This document shows positions 47,113-57,293 of a stretch of DNA of 64,000 bases, one piece after another. The stretch is from positions 28,001 through 92,000 of the forward strand of contig CAZLFP010000004.1 of assembly GCA_964558935.1 (NCBI GenBank). Direction: 5' to 3'. The notes beneath the pieces were generated by a model. That model was not told the origin of the DNA. It made no database searches and was given only the letters and a program-made list of their open reading frames with translations. How positions within the stretch are numbered: position 1 is the stretch's first letter; the number at the start of each line of letters is the position of its first letter. The stretch is from an uncultured Gammaproteobacteria bacterium. Its GTDB lineage: Bacteria; Patescibacteriota; Patescibacteriia; 2-01-FULL-39-33. The translations under genes and the position numbers were made by a program.

Positions 47113-48139
47113 TAAATTGACTTATTATTCTAACTGCCAGTTTATCAAGGTTGTGATTGTCAATCACTTCTTTTCTAAGAGATTCAGCATACGCACTTAC
47201 TGCTGGTGGTGTCAAACCAATAATCCACCTGATCTTATCTGCTAATTGATCTGACTGATTAATATCGACTAAAAAATCCTTGGATAAAACCTCTTGAAAC
47301 GCTTCATTGCCAGTTAAAACCATTACCCCGCAAGACATTGCTTCTAAAACCACTTTATCAACACTGCCTGTACCACTCATATTAATGAATAAATTTGCTT
47401 GTTGATAATAAGTCAGCGTATCTTTATTGGCAATCCAACCCAGAAATTCAACTTGATCATTCAAACCCATAGCAGTAACCATTTCTTTAAGATTTTCCAG
47501 ATATTTTTTTTGTGAATCTAAAATAACATCACCAATGATCTTGAGTCTAATTTTCTGGTTATTTAAAGCAGCTAGAGCTTGAAGAATCAATTCGTATTTT
47601 TTGGTTGGAGAAATTCTTCCCACAGACAATATTTCAAAATATTCATTCTCATTTTTATCTCCCGAAGGCCTAAAATAGTCAGTATCTATGCCGTGACCGA
47701 TAATCTTTATTTTTTTGGGAAACCAGGGTTGTCTAAAACTTAAATTTGAAGCAGTGACGATCTGAGTGGCAAATATTTCAACCAGTCTTCGCTTCCAACT
47801 GATTTTTCTATGTGTGTACCAGCTAACAACTCTTTTATTGAACAATCTAAATAACCAGGCAGATAATAATGTGTATTCAGGATTCATATGGCAAAAAAGT
47901 CCGTCTACCCGAAAAATAAATTTAAAAAGATAGTATTGTAATACAAATATTTTTAATAATTTACTATTGGGCAAAGATCTTAGATGAATATTTTCAGGTA
48001 ACCCCTGATCATAACTTTTTTGCCAAGTAATAACATAAAGTTCATCCAAATTAGACCCAAGCTTCTTGACCCAGTTATAAGTAAAGCCGGCCAAAGCGTC
48101 GCCTTGATCCACTTTTCTGGTTATCATCAATAATTTCAT
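47096..48139 (-). CDS. Glycosyltransferase family 4
   Basis: GHGIDT, VGRISP.K, TGSVDKVVLEAM. Confidence 0.9.
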   Translation of the reverse strand: MKLLMITRKVDQGDALAGFTYNWVKKLGSNLDELYVITWQKSYDQGLPENIHLRSLPNSKLLKIFVLQYYLFKFIFRVDGLFCHMNPEYTLLSAWLFRLFNKRVVSWYTHRKISWKRRLVEIFATQIVTASNLSFRQPWFPKKIKIIGHGIDTDYFRPSGDKNENEYFEILSVGRISPTKKYELILQALAALNNQKIRLKIIGDVILDSQKKYLENLKEMVTAMGLNDQVEFLGWIANKDTLTYYQQANLFINMSGTGSVDKVVLEAMSCGVMVLTGNEAFQEVLSKDFLVDINQSDQLADKIRWIIGLTPPAVSAYAESLRKEVIDNHNLDKLAVRIISQFNGKTS

Positions 48140-48141
48140 AG

Positions 48142-49854
48142 TTATCTATGTAATTTATATATCTGAATCTGTCCAATTTCATCTATCAATTCAAGTTGCT
48201 GATACTCAGACAAATCAATATGCCAATTTGCCCTCTCCGTTTGATCAATAATCAAATAATCAACGTGGTATTTTATCAGGGAATCCAGCCAATAGTTTTC
48301 ATCTTTACTGGCTAAGTAAGATATTACTTCTTCAATCTGCTCTTCTGGATAGTATATACTCTCAATGTCAAATTCCTCCAAACCCATTAGTCTATACACT
48401 TTATTTCTTTGACTATAATGACCACCCTGAGCTATATTCTGAAGACCGTAAATATTCCTTAATTTTCTTTTTATAAACTCCCTATTAAAATCTTCCATCC
48501 AAAAGTACTGCACTGTAAACCTGTCTAATACCTCTTGCGTACTCATAACATACAAATAACCAGCGCTATTATACAAGACATTGTTGTGAGTATATGAAGG
48601 AATACTTTTATCCAAATCATAATTGGTCATAACCACTTCATCTTTTACGGTATTGTCATTAAGCCAATTATATACTTTGGCATGATTTTGAATTTCAAGC
48701 TCCTGATCATAATCAAAACTGGATTCCTCTTTAACTTGACCGATAAATAGAAGAATTACCACTAAAACTAAAGTCGATTTGAATACATATGTTTGAGAAA
48801 CTTTAGTGATGAATTTTAACTTAAATAATAAATTAATCAAAGCTAAAAATATGAAATAGTAGGCTATTTGCTTATAATGACTGGAAAAAAATTGGTTAAG
48901 ACCAGTAATGACATGTTGGTTGACGTTAATGACAGCAGTTATGATGCCCAAATTTAAAAAAACGTCAACGTTAGTCAGCTTTCTAATCTTAAAAAAATAA
49001 ACCAGGTAGCAACACAAAACAATACCAGCCGGCAATAGAATATTCAGACCAGATGGGAAATGAGTTTTAAGCAAGCCTAATCTACTGATTGACTCAGTAA
49101 AAAATTCCAAGCGACTAGACTGCCACACCTGATAGAAATAAAAGGATCCCAAAAACAACCCCAAAACCGTGACCAAACATAAATCTCTAAATTTATCCCA
49201 GTACTTCTTCAAAAATGTGTACGCAATCAACAAACATTGGAAGGTTAGAAAGAATGTCCAAAAATAAGGATAAACATAGAACAAGAAGCCAAAATTCAAG
49301 ACAGACAGGATGATTATCAACTTACTTCTTTTAGAAGATATTAGATGCAGAAGCAATAATATTTGAATTAAAGCAAAAATAAACACAAACTGAGGACTTA
49401 TTGGTCTATTGAACTCATGGTAAAAAAATACAACAAAAAAATAAAAACTAGCTATTAAAGACCATAACTGCTTTTTTATCAACAAATGAATAATCGCATA
49501 ACTGAGCAGAAATATGAGAGTTGTAAATAAAAAATCATTAAAAACATACCAGTTACTGACACTCATATTGATTAACTTGGCAGGCAGAGCTGAAACCAAA
49601 TCGGGAATAAAGATTTGCATGGGCAAACCAGATTTATATTCTAGATAAAAAGCATTGCTAAGATAATAATAACCATCCACAACATCTTGAGCTCTGGCTA
49701 AATAAAACAACTCGTCATCATTGAGTAATCTGTTGATTCCCTGATAATTCTCACCTAATGCATGCCAGTAGATAAAATGAGGAATTAAAAAAGTCATACC
49801 AACTAAAACAGCTGTTAAGATGACCAAATAATTTTTTCGGAGTAGACTAATCAT
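48142..49854 (-). CDS. Multi-TM membrane protein, probable GT-C glycosyltransferase
   Basis: DDELFYLAR in first loop, about 12 TM, soluble C-terminus ending KYHVDYLI. Confidence 0.55.
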   Translation of the reverse strand: MISLLRKNYLVILTAVLVGMTFLIPHFIYWHALGENYQGINRLLNDDELFYLARAQDVVDGYYYLSNAFYLEYKSGLPMQIFIPDLVSALPAKLINMSVSNWYVFNDFLFTTLIFLLSYAIIHLLIKKQLWSLIASFYFFVVFFYHEFNRPISPQFVFIFALIQILLLLHLISSKRSKLIIILSVLNFGFLFYVYPYFWTFFLTFQCLLIAYTFLKKYWDKFRDLCLVTVLGLFLGSFYFYQVWQSSRLEFFTESISRLGLLKTHFPSGLNILLPAGIVLCCYLVYFFKIRKLTNVDVFLNLGIITAVINVNQHVITGLNQFFSSHYKQIAYYFIFLALINLLFKLKFITKVSQTYVFKSTLVLVVILLFIGQVKEESSFDYDQELEIQNHAKVYNWLNDNTVKDEVVMTNYDLDKSIPSYTHNNVLYNSAGYLYVMSTQEVLDRFTVQYFWMEDFNREFIKRKLRNIYGLQNIAQGGHYSQRNKVYRLMGLEEFDIESIYYPEEQIEEVISYLASKDENYWLDSLIKYHVDYLIIDQTERANWHIDLSEYQQLELIDEIGQIQIYKLHR

Positions 49855-51272
49855 TTGAAAAGATTAAACTTCAGAAAAGAAATACCCCCTCGAATAATTT
49901 TATCTCTCTGCTTACCATCAGCTAGTTTTTTTATAAAATACCAAATAATTTTAGGCCTGACATAGAAAGTTCTCCAAGCTAGTCTATAATACTTTTCCAA
50001 TTCTTCTTTAGTAAATCCATTTGGTACAAAATTATCTGCTGCAAACATCGATACCTTTCTCCAGTCTGGATTAAATGTGCCATATTGCGGAGCCAACAAC
50101 CAACTCTCAGCTCCTGGTAAAGGTGTAAAACAAGTGATGTGAAAATCATCCATAGGTGCTTTTTTAATAAACTCTAAGGTTGTTTTTATCGTCTCCCTGG
50201 TTTCACCATAATTACCTAACATGAACAAACCTTTAACTTTAATACCGGCTTTTTTGGTCATCATAAGAGTTTCCAAGGCTTGTTCAGCGGTAATATTTTT
50301 ATTTAATCTTTTTAAAATATCATTCGAACCGGATTCCAAACCATAATTTATTTGCCAACAACCAGCTCTCTTAAGTAAATCCAATATTTCAGAATTAACC
50401 ATATCTATTCGTCCCATAACAGAGAAAGTAATATCAATTTTCTGGTCAATAATCGTATGGCATATTTCCTTGAGCCTTGGTCTGAGTGCTAGAAAATTGT
50501 CATCCTCAATAAACAGATCTTTAATTCCATAATTCTCCTGCAGATACTTAATCATTCTAATTACATAGTCTGAGGAATATCCTCTGATTCTGTTACCAAA
50601 AACAGCTCTATCACAAAAAATACATCTGCCAGGACATCCTCTGGATGTAATTAATAAAGAAGCGGGAGAGCGATACAAAGAATCTGTTGCTGGCTGATAG
50701 AACCTGCTCAAATCAGGTAACATATCCCAAGCCGGAAATGGCAATGAATCCAAGTTATCTATAAAACCTCTTGCTTCAGTCAATACCAATTCATTTTCAC
50801 TTCGAATTATCAAACCCGCCACATCTTTTAAGGAATGATGATTATCCAATGCCTTAAGCAGTTCAACCAGAGTCACTTCCGCTTCCCCGATTACTCCGAT
50901 ATCAAAATCTGGGAATCTACTCATGGTTTCCTTGGGAACCGCAGTAATGTGGGGTCCTCCCAAAATAATCACCATACTTTTGTTCTTCTCTTTAACTCGC
51001 CTAGCAATTTCAGCGGCCGAGAAAATAGAAATGGTTGTGGAAGTAAGACCAAGATAATCAGGCTTTAAATTCAAAATATAATCAACTGTTTGGTCAATAT
51101 TCATCTTGAGCGCCAAAGCATCTAAAATCTTTGTAGCATATTCCCTATCTCGAGTAATAGCGGCTAAGATTGCGATACCCAAAGGCGGTAATTCAGAACC
51201 CGCTCCTTCTAAATTCTTGTACAGATCTCTGGCTAAAACAGGAGGATTCACAAAAAGAATTGACTTACTCAT
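49851..51272 (-). CDS. Cobalamin-binding radical SAM protein
   Basis: LFVNPP, PPLGIA.LA, GGPHIT, TSRGCPGRCIFC, GLESG. Confidence 0.92.
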   Translation of the reverse strand: MSKSILFVNPPVLARDLYKNLEGAGSELPPLGIAILAAITRDREYATKILDALALKMNIDQTVDYILNLKPDYLGLTSTTISIFSAAEIARRVKEKNKSMVIILGGPHITAVPKETMSRFPDFDIGVIGEAEVTLVELLKALDNHHSLKDVAGLIIRSENELVLTEARGFIDNLDSLPFPAWDMLPDLSRFYQPATDSLYRSPASLLITSRGCPGRCIFCDRAVFGNRIRGYSSDYVIRMIKYLQENYGIKDLFIEDDNFLALRPRLKEICHTIIDQKIDITFSVMGRIDMVNSEILDLLKRAGCWQINYGLESGSNDILKRLNKNITAEQALETLMMTKKAGIKVKGLFMLGNYGETRETIKTTLEFIKKAPMDDFHITCFTPLPGAESWLLAPQYGTFNPDWRKVSMFAADNFVPNGFTKEELEKYYRLAWRTFYVRPKIIWYFIKKLADGKQRDKIIRGGISFLKFNLFK

Positions 51273-51964
51273 GACTGTTTATTAATAATCAATATTTGAA
51301 GTCCTAAAATTCTGGGCTTAACACAGGTAATTCTATATGACTTATATTTGCCAGTCAATTTTTTCAGAGCTTGAACAAAATCCTCTTTAGAGATAAATAT
51401 CTGATCAGGCCAAGGCCAGAACTTTTTTAACTTCTTGTTTCTGGTTAATAGATACCATAAGTAATGGTATGAAAATTTGGCCGGGACTGAGATAATAACC
51501 CTACCACCTGACTTGCAAACATTGAGATGTGCTTCAATCATTGAAGAGGTGTCTGCAAAATGTTCAACTAAACCTTGTGACCAAACGAGATCATATTCTT
51601 TGTGTTGAGTTGGCCTAGTAATATCCTCAAGATAAAAACCAGCTTTGATGATATTTTGATCACGATACTCTTTCTTGGCTTGCTCAATAGCCTGCTGTGA
51701 GATATCGTAGCCAGTATAACTTCCAACGGACTTGACAATCTCTTGACCCAAACTAGCTGTACCACAACCGACTTCCAAAAAATCTAAATCGGGCTCTAGA
51801 TACTTCTTTAGAAAGTTAAATAAATAATAGTTATAGATTTGTCTGCCGAATGTAATAAACTTACCGGAACCGGAACTTTGTCGCTTCCAGCTCTGATCCC
51901 AGAGCAAATCTGAAGAATCCAAGTTTGTCTTACTTAAAATGTATTGATCTATGAGTTTAAACAT
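51269..51964 (-). CDS. Class I SAM-dependent methyltransferase
   Basis: LEVGCG, YDLVWSQGLVEH. Confidence 0.88.
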   Translation of the reverse strand: MFKLIDQYILSKTNLDSSDLLWDQSWKRQSSGSGKFITFGRQIYNYYLFNFLKKYLEPDLDFLEVGCGTASLGQEIVKSVGSYTGYDISQQAIEQAKKEYRDQNIIKAGFYLEDITRPTQHKEYDLVWSQGLVEHFADTSSMIEAHLNVCKSGGRVIISVPAKFSYHYLWYLLTRNKKLKKFWPWPDQIFISKEDFVQALKKLTGKYKSYRITCVKPRILGLQILIINKQS

Positions 51965-52676
51965 CTGATTTCCTTTTCTTAAATTTTAGTTTGAAAATCG
52001 TTAAAAAAAATTTATAGATTTCTTTTTTGGATAATTTTGAATCACCCAGTCTTCTGTCATAAAAAATAATTGGTACTTCTTTTATTTTAAAATTGTTATT
52101 TTCAACTAGATATATCAATTCTTCTAAAAAAGAATAGCCATCGCTTTGAATGGAATCCAAATCAATCTGTTGAAAAACCTCCCTCCTATATGCCCGATAA
52201 CCACTGGTTAAATCAGCAACTCGTATGCCTAGTATAATTTTAGATATTAACATGGCTCCTTTGCTGCAAACCTTCCTCCATAAGTTCCAATCTACAACCC
52301 TACCACCCTTGACACGTCTGGAACCGACAACAACGTCATAGCCATTATTAATTTCATTTATGAAATCTCTAATAACTCTCGGTTCATGAGAAAAATCCGC
52401 ATCCATTGAAATGATAACGTCAGCATTCAGACATAGGGCATATTTAAAACCGGTCATATGAGCGCTGCCATAGCCTAATTTACCAGATCTGGTAATTAAA
52501 TGAATCCGCTTATTCTCATTCATCATTCTTTTTACTAAATCAGAGGTACCATCCGGAGAATTATCATCAACAACAACGATCTGAATTCTTTCAATCCCCA
52601 AATTAAGAATCTGGTTGATTAATTCAATAATATTATCCTTCTCATTATATGTTGCAATTGTTACACAAACTTTCAT
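51957..52676 (-). CDS. Polyprenol monophosphomannose synthase-like GT2
   Basis: TYNE, VDDNSPDGT, MDADFSH.P, DLTSGYR, GYSF..E; start reassigned to MKVCV. Confidence 0.9.
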   Translation of the reverse strand: MKVCVTIATYNEKDNIIELINQILNLGIERIQIVVVDDNSPDGTSDLVKRMMNENKRIHLITRSGKLGYGSAHMTGFKYALCLNADVIISMDADFSHEPRVIRDFINEINNGYDVVVGSRRVKGGRVVDWNLWRKVCSKGAMLISKIILGIRVADLTSGYRAYRREVFQQIDLDSIQSDGYSFLEELIYLVENNNFKIKEVPIIFYDRRLGDSKLSKKEIYKFFLTIFKLKFKKRKSDV

Positions 52677-52677
52677 A

Positions 52678-53766
52678 CTATTTCTTATTAATAATTTCTG
52701 TCCAAAATTGAATAATCTTACTGGTATTATTACCGTATCTTTCAATCATAATTTTTTTGCCTTGTCTTGACATATCTCTTCGTAAGTCGGGGTTTTTCAG
52801 TAAATCCATAACCCTTTCAGCTAAGGCCTTATGATCCTGTACTGGAACTAAATAACCATTATATCCCTCTTGAATAATATCTTTGGCACCGGTTGTCAGA
52901 GTAGAGACTACCGGCAATCCGCAAGCATTGGCCTCAACAATCACCTTGCCAAAACTTTCCGACAGAGAACTTAGAACTAATACACTGGCTTGATGATATA
53001 TTTGAATCAATTCCTGAGCAGTTTTTTTACCAAGCAGCTGAATCCGGTTAAAACCAATCTTCTCCATTGCTCGTTTTATCTGCTGGTCAGCACCAACCTG
53101 AACGAATTCAACATTTGGGAATTTATCATGAATAATCTTAAAAGATCTGACCAAGGTTAAATAGTCTTTGACTTGGTCATTCCTGCCAACATGTATAACT
53201 CTGACCACCTCATCTCTATCTATTACTATATCATATTTTTTTAAATCAACAGGTGTTGAAATGACTCTGGCCTTACTGGCATATAAACCTAATTTTGCCA
53301 TTTGACCATTACTCATAACTCGAATACCATCTGCCCTTTTTACAACGATCTTGGAAATAAACAAAAAGAAATAGTTTCTAAATTGTTCTCTAAGCCAATT
53401 CTTATTGTGCCAAAAGTCTCCATGAAAATGAACCAACAACTTAGATCCGTATTTATTTTTTAAATTCAAACCAATTAATCCCGTAACAAAAGGAGTTTGA
53501 GTTACAATTAAATCATAATCTGTCTGTTGACATAATTGATGCCCCAATCTTAAACCGTCAAAAAAATAAAGAATTCCATTTAAAGAATTGGTTGGATATG
53601 AAGTAACTTTACTAGATAAATTATACTCTTCATATCCCTTTTTAGATAGAACAATAATATCCAACTTCTGACAATATTCTCCATATTGAATATGACGCTC
53701 AACAACATCACCAAGTTGTCCTTGGCCTAATAACCCCTTATCTATTGAGATCATTAATACATTCAT
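52678..53766 (-). CDS. Glycosyltransferase family 4
   Basis: VGR....K, ESFGKVIVEANACG. Confidence 0.9.
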   Translation of the reverse strand: MNVLMISIDKGLLGQGQLGDVVERHIQYGEYCQKLDIIVLSKKGYEEYNLSSKVTSYPTNSLNGILYFFDGLRLGHQLCQQTDYDLIVTQTPFVTGLIGLNLKNKYGSKLLVHFHGDFWHNKNWLREQFRNYFFLFISKIVVKRADGIRVMSNGQMAKLGLYASKARVISTPVDLKKYDIVIDRDEVVRVIHVGRNDQVKDYLTLVRSFKIIHDKFPNVEFVQVGADQQIKRAMEKIGFNRIQLLGKKTAQELIQIYHQASVLVLSSLSESFGKVIVEANACGLPVVSTLTTGAKDIIQEGYNGYLVPVQDHKALAERVMDLLKNPDLRRDMSRQGKKIMIERYGNNTSKIIQFWTEIINKK

Positions 53767-54008
53767 CTATTGACTGATATATTTTTTAGCTAATTTATAT
53801 TCAAAAGGAAAAGCAAAAAACTTTAGTTTCCAACGTAACTTACATAACAGAACAAAACCTAATTTCAAAGCACGCTGTGCTTTAACGCTAGAACTTAAAG
53901 CACTTTTTAGACTATGCGCTCCAAATCTGACATTAGTCTTTAGACACTGAACTGTCATAGTAATCTTTATGTATATTAAAAACAGATTAATAGTAAAACT
54001 CTTTTCAT
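53767..54008 (-). pseudogene. Gene relic (frameshifted, internally deleted), possibly a B12 radical SAM
   Basis: ATG at 54008 coupled to the upstream stop (MKRVLL..); out-of-frame 3' segment LRWKLKFFAFPFEYKL ends with TAG abutting the next ATG. Confidence 0.45.
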
Positions 54009-54009
54009 A

Positions 54010-55170
54010 TTACAAATTAACTAACATATTATATGTCTCATCAACATTAGATTTCCAATTATATACTCTGATCTTTTCTTGACCGTTAGCCGCATAACTC
54101 TTAGCTAAATCATCATCGGTTAACAATTTTTTACTAACATTAAATATTTGATCTATATTATTATATTTAAATAAAATCCCAGTGTGATTATTCTCAATAA
54201 TTTCTGGATTTCCTCCGGCAGAACTAGCTGCTACCGGAGTACCAACTTTAATCACTTCAAGTAAGGTATGGCTCATACCTTCATACTTGGTATTTAAAAT
54301 GAACAAATCTGCTGCTTTGTAATAACTAGCTACCTTAGCATGATCTATTTTGCCTAAAAAATGAACTCTGTTTTCCAATTTCATTTCGTGTACCAGACTT
54401 TTTAATTTATCTAACTCAGGACCGTCTCCTAAAACCAATAGATTGACACGACCAAATTCGGCATTCAACTTGTGAGTAATTTTAATCAAAGTCTCCACTC
54501 CTTTCCAGGGAATTAATCTACAAGCAGTCATAATAATTTTAGAATCCTGACCATACTTTGCTTGAATATCATCCAAAATTTGATTATCTATACCATGGTA
54601 TTGAATAAAATCTATTGAATTATAGATAACTTGTATTTTGTCGGAAGCAATGCCTATTTTTTGAGTAATATCCGACATATAACGACTAACCGTTACAACC
54701 AAATCCGCATTCTTTAGAATTTTTGTTCTTCTGTTTCTTAATTTTTCCACTTTATTAGAATATCTCTTTGTTTGAAAAGTAGCTAAATCATCGTCAACCC
54801 ATCCTTTGGATAATGAAATTTCCCAGGCACTGTCTCCCACAAAACGTACAACATATTTTTTCCTAAGAAACTGACTGACTATATACGTTAAATATCCAAC
54901 CCCGTAAACATCCGTTGCATAAATAATGTCTGAACCGAGAGATAATTGAACCAATTTGATTAAATAGATAATTCTACTTAAAGGTCTATTTTTAATCACT
55001 CGCCATATCTTTCCCCGTTCTTCTCTCTTACTTGCAACAGTTGAAAAAGTTAAGATTTTAATCTTTAATCCTTTGTTCTCCAAATCTTTAGATAAAACTG
55101 GCAAAATGGTAGCCGGCCCACCAATATCTGGAGGGTAAATACCGGTAGTAATTAAAATGTGTTTATTCAT
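54010..55170 (-). CDS. Glycosyltransferase family 4
   Basis: YPPDIGGPA, RLIPWKG, YEGMSHTLLE. Confidence 0.9.
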   Translation of the reverse strand: MNKHILITTGIYPPDIGGPATILPVLSKDLENKGLKIKILTFSTVASKREERGKIWRVIKNRPLSRIIYLIKLVQLSLGSDIIYATDVYGVGYLTYIVSQFLRKKYVVRFVGDSAWEISLSKGWVDDDLATFQTKRYSNKVEKLRNRRTKILKNADLVVTVSRYMSDITQKIGIASDKIQVIYNSIDFIQYHGIDNQILDDIQAKYGQDSKIIMTACRLIPWKGVETLIKITHKLNAEFGRVNLLVLGDGPELDKLKSLVHEMKLENRVHFLGKIDHAKVASYYKAADLFILNTKYEGMSHTLLEVIKVGTPVAASSAGGNPEIIENNHTGILFKYNNIDQIFNVSKKLLTDDDLAKSYAANGQEKIRVYNWKSNVDETYNMLVNL

Positions 55171-56272
55171 TTAACAACTTATTTACAATGTCTTTGATTT
55201 GCAAGCTAACAGTCTGCCAATTATATTTCGTCTTAACCAAATCATACGCCCTGTCTCTAACTTGATCCACTTCGTACTTATGCTTCAAATCCAAAATATA
55301 GTTTAACTTCTCCGCAATACTTGTAACATCCTTTGTCTTAACAAACCAACCCGTTTCCCCATCCTTTAGAAAATCTACAATACCGCCGACCGGAGTGGCA
55401 ACCACAGGTATTCTACAAGACATGGCTTCTAAAAAAGCATTGCCCAAACCTTCAGACAACGACGGCCGACAAAAAACATCTGCCTGTTTCAAATAATCAT
55501 ACACTAATTGATTGCCGATCTGACCCTTAAATTCCACTTTAGCTGCCAAACCTTTTTTAACAACCAATCTTTCCAAGTGTTTTTTCAAATAACCATCACC
55601 AATAATCACTAACTTAGCCTCAACATCTGGCATAGCTTGGATTAAGTAAGCTATCCCATTCTTTTTAACCAGACGCGAGACAGTTATAACAACAGGCTTG
55701 TCCTTTTCAACTCTCATGACTTCCTTATCGCTGATATTAATACCATTGGGCACAACTTCCACAAGACATTTAACCTTAAAGCTTTTAGCTCTATCTGCTA
55801 AAAAATTACTAATAACCTGTATCTGATCTGCCTGTCTGTAGATCTGTTTATATATCGGTCGAATTGCAAAAGTTCTCAACCAGATGTCCCAATCACTGTC
55901 TCCTTCCTGTAGAGTTAGCAGATAAGGAATATTTTTGAAAAGCTTTTTAAAGTTCAAAGCAGCCCAACCCGCTTGGTTAGCCATCATGGCCCAAATTAGA
56001 CGATAATTATTCTGCTGATGCAATTCCCAGGCTTTATTAAAACCCAGCCAAGGAAAAAAATATTTAGCCCACTTACCGCCACCGACCCTATACACATTAA
56101 CATTACCGATCTTTTCCTCTGCCTTTTGCTTGCCATCCAAATTAACAGTTATCAAATCAAAAGAAAAATCATCACCGAGACGATCCGTAATTTCCTTAAT
56201 AGCCACTTCCGCACCACCGATAAAGGGATGATACGCAAGTGAAAAAATTAAAATTTTAGGTTTCAGATTCAT
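55163..56272 (-). CDS. Glycosyltransferase family 4
   Basis: GGAE, SRLVKKNG, SEGLGNAFLEAM. Confidence 0.9.
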   Translation of the reverse strand: MNLKPKILIFSLAYHPFIGGAEVAIKEITDRLGDDFSFDLITVNLDGKQKAEEKIGNVNVYRVGGGKWAKYFFPWLGFNKAWELHQQNNYRLIWAMMANQAGWAALNFKKLFKNIPYLLTLQEGDSDWDIWLRTFAIRPIYKQIYRQADQIQVISNFLADRAKSFKVKCLVEVVPNGINISDKEVMRVEKDKPVVITVSRLVKKNGIAYLIQAMPDVEAKLVIIGDGYLKKHLERLVVKKGLAAKVEFKGQIGNQLVYDYLKQADVFCRPSLSEGLGNAFLEAMSCRIPVVATPVGGIVDFLKDGETGWFVKTKDVTSIAEKLNYILDLKHKYEVDQVRDRAYDLVKTKYNWQTVSLQIKDIVNKLLNE

Positions 56273-57134
56273 TCTTGTGCCAGGTATTTACCAATTCTTC
56301 TCCATACACCTCCTTTAAATAATCCATATCCTTATTTGAATTTATCAAGAGATCAAGATTCTTATGTTCTAAAGCGTCAAATAATTTAAAACCATATTCA
56401 TCATTAACATGCTTGAAATAAAATTCTTTTAAAGCGGCAAAATCTTTTATAAAACATTCTCCTCCCGCTCCTCTGCCGGATTTATGAATCGGGTCGATAT
56501 GCATATTACCAATCCATGGATCATGAGACATAATGTCTCTGAACTTATTCCAGTCACAGCCCAATTGCCTAGCCAAGTCATAAATCATGTTCATATAGAC
56601 TACTTTGGTATAGAAAAAGCAATTTCTCAGATATTTAAATAACTCTGCCTCATAAGCACTCATCAGTATCTCATAATCTGCTTTAGGCAAAGTGTCTAAA
56701 ATCTGCTGAGCTCTGTTGAGATATTCCTGATTCCGAATGGGATAACCCACAATGTTTCTCTGAGGATGACGAGCATCTTCAGCGGCCGTAGCCACAGACA
56801 GAAATTCAGGAGAATGAAATAAATAGATATCTGAATGTTTTTCCTGGATCGCTTCTGTGGTTCCGGGTAAAACAGTAGATTTAATGACAGCACTCTTGCC
56901 CTGACCAATTAAGGGTATGACAGATCTCAGAACGCTGTCATCGAAACCAGACTGAGTGGTGGGGGTGGGTACGGCAATAAAAACAAGGTCACACTTTTGT
57001 ATTTTCTCCTTATTCTGCAGATAAGCTCCTTCAATTGAATATCTCACCACCTCATAACCCCTGGCTTCAAAATCATCAGCGTAATTTTTACCAATCCAAC
57101 CCTGTCCAATAAAACCTATTTTTAGATCTGACAT
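56256..57134 (-). CDS. UDP-glucose/GDP-mannose dehydrogenase family, short form
   Basis: GQGWIG, VPTP, KSTVLPGT, SPEFL, AE..KY, GGECFIKD; lacks the C-terminal domain. Confidence 0.85.
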   Translation of the reverse strand: MSDLKIGFIGQGWIGKNYADDFEARGYEVVRYSIEGAYLQNKEKIQKCDLVFIAVPTPTTQSGFDDSVLRSVIPLIGQGKSAVIKSTVLPGTTEAIQEKHSDIYLFHSPEFLSVATAAEDARHPQRNIVGYPIRNQEYLNRAQQILDTLPKADYEILMSAYEAELFKYLRNCFFYTKVVYMNMIYDLARQLGCDWNKFRDIMSHDPWIGNMHIDPIHKSGRGAGGECFIKDFAALKEFYFKHVNDEYGFKLFDALEHKNLDLLINSNKDMDYLKEVYGEELVNTWHKNESET

Positions 57135-57293
57135 GTTTAATATTCAATTGATTTTTTACACGTAATACCTTAATATTATTATATATCTAGCGCAAAATGT
57201 AAAGATTTGATAGAATATTTTTCTTTAAATTTAGATAAATATTCTCAACTTAAAAATCTCCCTAATCAACATTAGAACATAAAATTAATATTT

